Part shown: positions 56,927-64,000 of the stretch, piece after piece
Layout of the letters: each line of letters begins with the position of its first letter
Position numbering within the stretch: the stretch's first letter is position 1
NCBI GenBank assembly: GCA_963751075.1
Contig: CAVVTE010000003.1
Coordinates: 12,510 to 76,509 of the forward strand
Source: an uncultured Chloroflexia bacterium
GTDB taxonomy: Bacteria; Chloroflexota; Chloroflexia; Thermomicrobiales; UBA6265
Direction of reading: 5' to 3'
DNA length: 64,000 nucleotides
Position numbers and translations under genes: made by a program
Notes under the pieces: generated by a model
What the model saw: only the letters and a program-made list of their open reading frames with translations
Told to the model about the DNA's origin: nothing
Databases searched by the model: none

Positions 56927-57724
56927 CTACGAGAGCTTCGGGAATCGCGACTGCGGAAAGATATCGGCCACTGGCGAGCGCATCGCCGCCAGAATGCCGC
57001 CGTCGACCGCGATGAGCTGGCCGGTGACGTAACTGGCGTCATCGGAGGCCAGGAAGACCACCGCACCGGTCATATCCGCAGGTTCGCCCATGCGCCCCAT
57101 AGGGATCGCCTCGCCGCGCTCCCGCTTCGCCTCCGGCGACATTCCCCTCGAGTCGACTGACCCAGGAATCAGCCCGTTGACGCGCACGCCGTAAGGGGCG
57201 AGGTCGACCGCCATGGCGCGGGTGAGCGCCTCGATCCCCCCTTTGGTCGCGTCGTAGGCGGCATTCCCCCGGTGGGCCCGCGTCGCGCCGCCGGAGGAGA
57301 CATTGATGATCACCCCGTCGCCTCGCTGCGCCATGTGCTTGGCGGCGCGCAAACCGCAGAGGAAGGTCCCTTTCAGATTCACGGCGTGGATGCGGTCCCA
57401 CCATTCCTCGTCGCCCTCGAGAAAGTGGCGCTCGGTATTCGTCAGTCCGGCATTGTTGACCAGCACGTCGACCGTGCCGAAGCGCTGCAGCGTCTCGTCG
57501 AACAAGCGGTCGACGGCCGCAGAGTCGGAGACGTCGGCGACGATGGCCACGGCCGTTCCCCCGGCATCGGTGATCCCCTGTGCGACCGCTTCCGCACCGC
57601 CGGCATCGACGTCGGAGATGACGACGACCGCCCTTTCCGCGCCATAGCGCTCGGCGATGGCGCGGCCGATCCCGTGCGCCGCACCGGTGACAATCGCTAC
57701 CTTCCCGTTCAATCTCTCCGCCAT
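56927..57724 (-). CDS. SDR family oxidoreductase
   Basis: TGAAHGIG, NNAG, YDATK, VRVN...PG. Confidence 0.93.
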   Translation of the reverse strand: MAERLNGKVAIVTGAAHGIGRAIAERYGAERAVVVISDVDAGGAEAVAQGITDAGGTAVAIVADVSDSAAVDRLFDETLQRFGTVDVLVNNAGLTNTERHFLEGDEEWWDRIHAVNLKGTFLCGLRAAKHMAQRGDGVIINVSSGGATRAHRGNAAYDATKGGIEALTRAMAVDLAPYGVRVNGLIPGSVDSRGMSPEAKRERGEAIPMGRMGEPADMTGAVVFLASDDASYVTGQLIAVDGGILAAMRSPVADIFPQSRFPKLS

Positions 57725-57878
57725 TATGCGTAGTTGCTCCCCTCTGTTAAGCGACACGGCGCCGGTGTCATGCTGCAAGTGAACGTAGTGAAGCATCTCA
57801 TCGCTTGTCCCGAAGCCGGGAGCGCTCAACGAGATGCTGCAAGTTCACTGATGCTCAGCACCATGACCACGAAGACGA

Positions 57879-57921
57879 TGTCATTCTGAGACGGTGTCAT
57901 TCCGAGGAACGACGGAATCTC
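57879..57921. repeat. GTCATTCC..GGAATC REP-like element
   Basis: TGTCATTCCGAGGAACGACGGAATCT; same family as the 61067-61207 array. Confidence 0.7.
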
Positions 57922-58079
57922 GTCGTGCTCCGCTCCAAACCCTGGACATCCCTGGATTCCTCGCAAGCTCCGTAGGACACCTGCATCCTGTCGGTCTACT
58001 CAGCACCCTGACACGGTCCCGAACCGTCCCAGCCTTCGATGCCTTCCAAATCAATGCATCGAGCCGAAAATCGCCCTCG

Positions 58080-58622
58080 TCACACCGGCCCAAGTGACCG
58101 GTGCGGAGCTGGCGGTAGCTCGACCTTGATCTCGTCGCCGGGGCGCACCTCGCCCCCGTTCAGGACCACGCCCATCACGCCGGCCTTGCGGATCAGGTTG
58201 CCTTCGTCGTCGCGGTCAAGCGTTGCCGCCATCAGACCCGGCGCGATGCCATCCAGTTGCGCGCAGGGATTGCGCAGGCCAGTCACCTCGACAGCTGCCG
58301 AGTTGCCCAGGAGCAGTCGGGTCCCGACCGGCAACCCCAGCAGGTCGACGCCGCGCGTGGTGACATTCTCGCCCATCTGCCCAGGAGAGACGGCAAACCC
58401 GGCCTCCCGCAGCTCGTCATGCAGCTCAGCGTGGATGAGATGCACCTGGCGCAGATTCGGCTGGGTGGGATCACGCGCTACCCGCGAGCGGTGCTTCACC
58501 GTCTCGCCCTGATGGGCATCACCCGCGACCCCGAGCCCAGTCATGAGCTGGATGCTCTCCTGATTCGGCTTGGACATCGTGTGTGTCGCGCTGCGGCTCA
58601 CCGCCGTCACCACCCCGCTCAT
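58080..58622 (-). CDS. MOSC domain protein
   Basis: GLGVAGDAH.G, NLRQVHLI, GENVTT.G.DL, VTGLRNPC.QL, RKAGVM.VV. Confidence 0.9.
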   Translation of the reverse strand: MSGVVTAVSRSATHTMSKPNQESIQLMTGLGVAGDAHQGETVKHRSRVARDPTQPNLRQVHLIHAELHDELREAGFAVSPGQMGENVTTRGVDLLGLPVGTRLLLGNSAAVEVTGLRNPCAQLDGIAPGLMAATLDRDDEGNLIRKAGVMGVVLNGGEVRPGDEIKVELPPAPHRSLGPV

Positions 58623-58761
58623 CGGTTCGCTCCCACGTCTCTCTGTTGTTGGCCCTATGTTTCCGGAGGCCATCAGCGGCCGTGATTGTAGGGGCGACGC
58701 CCGCGTCGCCCGCGTCACACCACGATGACATGACGGTCTCGAAAACTTTGTGACCACCGAC

Positions 58762-59622
58762 CTAGGCCAGGATCGATACAGTATCGAAGACCCGGTCGGC
58801 GAGCGCGGCGTCGCCATCGATTCGCGCGCGCTGTCGGGCGTCTTCCTTGGACATGCCCTTGGTGAAGAGTCGCCAGGCGACATCTTCATCGAGCGCGACC
58901 GTGGCGTCTGCCTCGATTCCCGGAGCCGACACCGAGCATCCATTCCCCGTTCTGCCGCAGCGCGACCCACTCGCCCCCCGCGTCACCACGAATCACTAGC
59001 CGCAGTGTGACGCCATCTGGCGTTGGCGCATCCCGTAGAGCACGTGGCAGCCCCCGCACGAACGTGTCTAGCACCGGCGCCAACCAGCGCCGCTCCTTCA
59101 GCCCGGGTCGTCCCACGGCGTCCCGGATGTGCTGCTGATGCACCCATCGCTCGGTGTACTCGCGGGCGACGTCGAGCCAGATCGGAGCTGGGTCCGGACC
59201 CGCCCAATCGACCGGCATCCCCAGCGCGGTCATATCCAGGCTCGAGAAGTACGCCTCGGTCAGCTCGCCCGTTAGCGCCAGCAGCTCGATCAGCAGCCTG
59301 GGGCTCATCCGCCGGGTCCCCGTCACCCAGACGGCGTTCTGCCGATCGATGGCGGCGACCAGCCCCGGAAGCGTTCCGATGTCGAGCCGGAAGCGAAGGC
59401 CGGGTTGACATAGCCATCGCGCCCCCAGGAGAGGCGGCCGATGTCGTCGCCGAGCAGATGCAGCGCGACGTCTTTCACCGACCAGCCCGGGCAGACGGTC
59501 GGGGCCTCCCAATCCGCGGGGGAGAGATCGCCCAGCAGCTCGAGCAGAGCGGCGCGCTCCCCAGGATAGAGGGGAAGGGTTTCGATTGGAGGGAGCGGAG
59601 CGATGGTGATCGGGTGGCTCAT
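58762..59622 (-). CDS. Maleylpyruvate isomerase family (MDMPI/DinB) protein (frameshifts)
   Basis: W.APTVCPGWSVKDVALHL, REYTERWVHQQHIRDAVG. Confidence 0.85.
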
Positions 59623-59725
59623 GGCTTTCGCTTCTGACTATCGGCTATCGGTTCGTCTCGTTGTTGCCACCTTTGCCATCTTTGCCGCCTTTGCCCCCTT
59701 CGGCAAGTTCGGTAAGTTCGCGAAG

Positions 59726-60967
59726 TCACGCGGTCATTCCTCCCGACTCCCGACTCCCGACTTTCCGCCTCACGACTGATGACTCAAGCACCGACGCCTT
59801 CGTCGGACTCCACGCCTCACCCAGCGCTGCTCGATCGAGACTGAAGCGGGCCGTCGGATAGGGAGTTGCCCCGTTCACAGCCAGGTCGGCCAGCATTTGC
59901 CCGATAACGGGGGAGAATTTGAAGGCGTGAGCGGAGCAGGTGGAGGAGACCACGATCTGCGGATGCTCCGGATGCAGGTCAATGATGAAATCCTCGTCCG
60001 GGGTCATGGTGTATCGGCAGCTCGTCGTCTCCAGGATCTCGCCGGTAGTGCCGGGCATGAGCTCCGCGGTGTAGGCGCGCAGGCGATCCAACAACGCGGG
60101 GTTGATGGCGCGGTTCGGGTCGGCGGGATCGACGGCGGGGCTGACCCGGTCGATCATCACTTTCACGCCCTCATGACCGAAGATCGGAAAGACCGACCCG
60201 AGCGACGTCGTGCCGGGGAAACGGTGCATCAGCAGCGGCAGACGATCTGGACTGTGCGCTGCCGGATCGCTCACGCGGAAGAAGGCGAGCTGCTCCTGTA
60301 GCACCGTGAGTGGCAGATCGAGCCCTAGCGAGGCCAGCAGTGGCCCCGACCACGATCCGGCGGCGAGGATCACCCGATCTGCGCTATACGTGCCCCGCAC
60401 GGTGTGCACCTCGACGCCTTCTCCGTCCGGCGCGATCTCCACCACCGGCTCCTCATCATGCAGCTCCGCTCCGGCGGCACGAGCCTGTGCGGCGAAGGTG
60501 GCCACACAGCGGCTGGCGGCGAGGATGCCGTAGCCCTCCTCATAAATGGCGATCGATCCTTCCGGGAATCTGTACTGCGGGAACCGCTGGGACAGCTCGT
60601 CATACTGGAGCAACTCGTAGGACATGCCGAGCGTGTCATAGGTCCGGACCACGCCCTCCATGGCGTCGGCATGCGGCAAGCCGACATTCATGCCACTGGT
60701 GCGAAGAAGCAGTGACTCGCCCGATTCGTCTTGCAGCTCGTCCCAGAGGCGGAAGGCCTCGCGACCGAGATGGACATACTCGGGAGCCTCGTAGGCAAGG
60801 CGGATCATGCGCGAGGGCCCGTGGGAGCTGCCCTTCTCATGGCCAAACGCGAACTGCTCGAGAAGGCGGACGCGGTGGCCAGCCCCCGCCAGCCGCCATG
60901 CCGCCGCGCTGCCCATCGCCCCGCCACCCACGACGATTACATCCATTGCCCGTTGCGCCGCCATCAT
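59726..60967 (-). CDS. solA: Monomeric sarcosine oxidase / N-methyltryptophan oxidase family
   Basis: VGGGAMGSAAA, GSSHGPSRMIR, C.YTMTPDEDF..D, CS.HAFKF. Confidence 0.88.
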   Translation of the reverse strand: MMAAQRAMDVIVVGGGAMGSAAAWRLAGAGHRVRLLEQFAFGHEKGSSHGPSRMIRLAYEAPEYVHLGREAFRLWDELQDESGESLLLRTSGMNVGLPHADAMEGVVRTYDTLGMSYELLQYDELSQRFPQYRFPEGSIAIYEEGYGILAASRCVATFAAQARAAGAELHDEEPVVEIAPDGEGVEVHTVRGTYSADRVILAAGSWSGPLLASLGLDLPLTVLQEQLAFFRVSDPAAHSPDRLPLLMHRFPGTTSLGSVFPIFGHEGVKVMIDRVSPAVDPADPNRAINPALLDRLRAYTAELMPGTTGEILETTSCRYTMTPDEDFIIDLHPEHPQIVVSSTCSAHAFKFSPVIGQMLADLAVNGATPYPTARFSLDRAALGEAWSPTKASVLESSVVRRKVGSRESGGMTA

Positions 60968-61047
60968 CTCTCCTATCTCAACCACCGTGTACAGAGATAA
61001 TGGAGCAACGAGAGCGGCTGCGCCACCGAGTCCACGATTAGCACCAT

Positions 61048-61210
61048 TGTGTCATTCATCACAATCGTGTCATTCCGAGGAACGAGGAATCTCGTCGTTT
61101 CTCCGCGTCTCTCCACCCAACCGTGTCATTCCAACGCAGGCGGAATCCTGTCGCCTCTCCACTCATCTGTGTCATTCATCTGTGTCATTCCAACGCAGGC
61201 GGAATCTCGT
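61048..61210. repeat. Array of GTGTCATTCC-N-GGAATC REP-like palindromes
   Basis: Full copies at 61067, 61123 and 61182, plus half copies TGTGTCATTCATC. Confidence 0.8.
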
Positions 61211-61364
61211 CGTCTGTCGGCGCCATGACATCGTCGGCCAGATGTTGCTCCCACACCCGAGCACGACTTGGCCTGCTCTCGGTCGTGCGCGGCGCCGCAA
61301 CACATCCGGGGCAGAACGACCGAGAATCGTGCCAGCCATTGGAGGTCGTGGTTGGAGGATACCC

Positions 61365-62144
61365 GTGAGCGTCGCTACGCTCGTCGAACGAGTCGCCCGG
61401 GTGCCGGGGGTGAAAGCGGTGACCCTCGGCGGGTCCCGCGCCCGCGGCATGGCGCGGCCAGATAGCGACTGGGATATTGGGCTCTACTATCGGGGATGCA
61501 TCGACACCGATGCCGTACGCGCCCTCGGCTACCCCGGTCACGTGGCCGAGCCCGGCGACTGGGGCCGGATCGTCAACGGCGGCGCCTGGCTGGAGGTCGA
61601 TCGCCAACGGGTCGACCTGCTCTACCGTGACCTCGACGAGGTCGAGTACTGGATCGCCGAAGCGGATGCCGGCCGCTTCGAGATCGATCGTGTTGGCGGA
61701 CACATCGCCGGTCTGCCCACTTATGTGCTCGCCGGCGAGCTGGCGCTGGGAACGGTGTTACGCGGGTCGCTGCCGAGACCGTCGTTCTCCCCTGCCCTGC
61801 GCCGCGCTGCCCCGCCACAATGGGAAGGGGACGCGGCCTTCTCCGTCCTCGTCGCCGAGCAACACAGCGCCCGTGGCGACGTCGCCGCCTGCGTTGGGCT
61901 GCTGGCGCGAGCCGTCATGGCCGCGGCGCACGCCCGGTTGGCGGGACATGGCACCTGGGCGCTCAACGAAAAGGGTCTCGTCTCGCGAGCCGGCCTGGAC
62001 GAGGCCGCCGAGATCCTCACCGCGGTTGGGTGGACGCCACAACGGCTCCAGGACTCCGTCGCCAAGATTCGTCAGCTTCTCCGCCTGGAACGACCCCGGG
62101 ATCTGGTACTCGATGGTGTGGTTCGATCGGCAGAAATCGTTTGA
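61365..62144 (+). CDS. Nucleotidyltransferase domain protein (DUF4037-like)
   Basis: LGGSRARG..RPDSDWDIGLYY, WG..VNGGAWL, VDLLYRD, NEKG; GGAGG SD. Confidence 0.85.
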   Translation: MSVATLVERVARVPGVKAVTLGGSRARGMARPDSDWDIGLYYRGCIDTDAVRALGYPGHVAEPGDWGRIVNGGAWLEVDRQRVDLLYRDLDEVEYWIAEADAGRFEIDRVGGHIAGLPTYVLAGELALGTVLRGSLPRPSFSPALRRAAPPQWEGDAAFSVLVAEQHSARGDVAACVGLLARAVMAAAHARLAGHGTWALNEKGLVSRAGLDEAAEILTAVGWTPQRLQDSVAKIRQLLRLERPRDLVLDGVVRSAEIV

Positions 62145-62223
62145 CAGGTTCTTCTTCGCCATAGGCGCGAGATCGATCCTCCCGCGGGTCTCCCCGGTGC
62201 CGCGGCATCTCGTGACCTGATAG

Positions 62224-62492
62224 GCTGAAACCGGAGCAAACGCAGTCGATCACGACGCCATTCTTGATTCTCGACGGGGAAGCTGAAACCAAAGCAAATG
62301 CAGTCGATCACGACGCCATTCTTGATTCTCGATGGGGAAGAGGAAGAGGCGATCGATCTCAACCAGACCAAGCTGATGGCGTTGCTGATTCCCGGGGCGG
62401 AACTCGTGCTCATGCTCGGCACCGACCACTTCGCGATGTTCGAGCAGCCTGATCAGTTCAACCAAATCGTGATGGACGACCTCGCGTCCTGA
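62224..62492 (+). pseudogene. C-terminal alpha/beta hydrolase fragment with a 58-bp tandem duplication
   Basis: ITTPFLILDGEEEE..IPGAELVLM.GTDHFAMFEQPDQFNQ; no N-terminal part; repeat units at 62224 and 62282. Confidence 0.75.
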
Positions 62493-62516
62493 CTTGTTTA
62501 CTTGCGTCGCAACACA

Positions 62517-62552
62517 TGCAAAAGGGCGGTTGGCGACAGCCGCCCTTTTGTA
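62517..62552. terminator. Intrinsic, possibly bidirectional terminator
   Basis: TGCAAAAGGGCGGTTG-GCGA-CAGCCGCCCTTTTGTA. Confidence 0.75.
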
Positions 62553-62862
62553 TTGAGAAGGTCCCTCCTCGACTACCAATATTCTCCGCGACGCGTCCTG
62601 GACTTCCCAAAACGGCGTTTGTCTGCTAGGGTGTGCGTCGTCACACACACGGGACCGCGGATGGGCGGCAAATACCGGTGTCTGATGTCTGCTCTCGTGG
62701 AGCCGAGTTGCCGGATGGGGCAGCGCCGGAGGCTCCCGATGAGCGTCACTTTCCGGACGCGGGCGGTGGTCCATGGGGATGGACGCCGCGGAATGCTCCG
62801 GGGAGTCCGCGGGAAGGGGTACAGGGGCTATCGGCATCGTTTGACCTCGGAGGGAGGGTCAG

Positions 62863-64000
62863 ATGACGTCATCCCCGTGGCGAGCCGCTTGCCGGCTCCG
62901 GATGGTCACGGCAGTCGCGTTGGCCGTTATGGCCGTGTCGCTGGCGCCCGCCGCCAGCACCGCGTTTGCTCAGAGCACGCTCTATCCAGGCGCCGTTGGA
63001 CTCGTCGCCAATACCGGCGGTGATCCTGTCCTGCTCCGCGAGACGCCGAGCTTCGATGCGGCGGTCCTGTCGTCGTTCCCCGAGGGGACCCCGGCGGACA
63101 TCCTCGAAGGCCCGGTCTACTCCGAAGACGGCGTTGCCTGGTACGGGGTCTCCGTTGGGGGGGTTCCCGGCTACATCGTGGCCGGCTATCTCATAGACAA
63201 CGGGCAAGCAGCGGCCCCGGTCGAACTGGCCCAAGAGGCGGCGCCGGTCGAGTTGGCCGAGACGGCGGCGCCGGCCGAGTTGGCCCAGGAGGCGGCGCCG
63301 GTCACAACGGCCCCCGAGATGACTGCCGCGGAGCCGCTGGCCGTCGAGGCCGCGCCCTCGGAAACACTGCCGTCCCCAGCTTCAGCGGGCGAGGTTCCTC
63401 TCAACCCGGTCACCACGACCGACCTCAATCTGCGTGCCGGTCCGAGCTTCGGCGACGCCGTGTTGCTGGTAATCCCGGTCGGTGCGGCCCTGGCGCCGAC
63501 CGGCGAGTGGTCGCAGGGGTTCGTCGGCGTTACCTACAACGGGAATTACGGCTGGGTCGATGGCGCGTGGCTAGCGGCCGGTGAGCCTGGAGCAGCCCCG
63601 CCAGTGACCAAGGATGTGGCCCTGATGCAGGAGGCCGCCCCAGCTCCGGTATCGGTGACAGAGGCGGCGCCAACGAAAGATACCGTGCTCACCGTTGACC
63701 CCTCCGCGGCTACCGGGGAACCGGCCTACGCGACCGACGTCGCCAACCTGCGCGCCGCGCCAACCGAAAGCGCGGAGGTCTTGCGTGTCCTCCCCGAGGG
63801 CGGCCCGGTGACGATCACCGGCGCATCGAGCGAAGGCTGGACGCCGGTCTGGTACAACGGCACCTCGGGCTATATCAGCGCCAATCTGCTTTCCGCATCC
63901 ACGACGGCGCCGGTGACCACGGCTGCCCCTGTCAGCCTCGCGCAAGAGGCGGCGCCTGCTGCCGATCCCTCTCGCTGCGGCCCCGCTCGCCGAAAGCGGA
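62863..64000 (+). CDS. Secreted multi-SH3b-domain cell-wall protein (partial; frameshift ~62990)
   Basis: GGAGGG SD; signal peptide; TTDLNLRAGPS..GF.GVTYNG.YGWV and TDVANLRAAP..GWTPVWYNGTSGYI; AAPVELAQE linker repeats. Confidence 0.8.
   Translation, partial: MTSSPWRAACRLRMVTAVALAVMAVSLAPAASTAFAQSTLYPGAVGLVANTGGDPVLLRETPSFDAAVLSSFPEGTPADILEGPVYSEDGVAWYGVSVGGVPGYIVAGYLIDNGQAAAPVELAQEAAPVELAETAAPAELAQEAAPVTTAPEMTAAEPLAVEAAPSETLPSPASAGEVPLNPVTTTDLNLRAGPSFGDAVLLVIPVGAALAPTGEWSQGFVGVTYNGNYGWVDGAWLAAGEPGAAPPVTKDVALMQEAAPAPVSVTEAAPTKDTVLTVDPSAATGEPAYATDVANLRAAPTESAEVLRVLPEGGPVTITGASSEGWTPVWYNGTSGYISANLLSASTTAPVTTAAPVSLAQEAAPAADPSRCGPARRKR

Noticed and set aside
61048-61210. Mini CRISPR array
   Set aside because: Units diverge internally, spacers are partly repeated and no cas genes are present; a REP array fits better

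Overview
A high-GC 64 kb bacterial chromosome segment, most likely from Thermomicrobiales (Chloroflexota). That assignment is inferred from MDGQGFDAISR-type Tat peptides, ATPVA/GTPAA linkers and the PETGQ/PETRH-type L,D-transpeptidase. The core locus is nusA-ylxR-infB-rbfA-nrnA-truB-ribF, with no rimP. It is surrounded by accessory genes: ctaA, a flavin-dependent two-component monooxygenase with an HxlR regulator, TetR/MFS, SDRs, a TIM-barrel/Gfo pair, yggX, a formyltransferase, NMO, PhoX, an L,D-transpeptidase, WYL/VOC, a BVMO, BenE, hydantoinase A/B, MOSC, a SolA-like oxidase and an SH3 protein. Many genes carry 1-2 nt frameshifts, probably long-read assembly errors, so some ends are approximate. 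No rRNA, tRNA, CRISPR array or intact transposase was seen. The most interesting signal is a four-helix-bundle gene inserted between hydantoinase A and B and bracketed by inverted arms that pair best on the mRNA strand (G-U wobbles). Cargo-less hairpins of the same or analogous repeat families sit at consecutive junctions of the infB operon, and two of them are translated as extensions of TruB and RbfA. Other notable signals are recurrent ~56-59 bp diverged tandem duplications, a transposase-like C-terminal domain on NusA, and several chimeric gene remnants.
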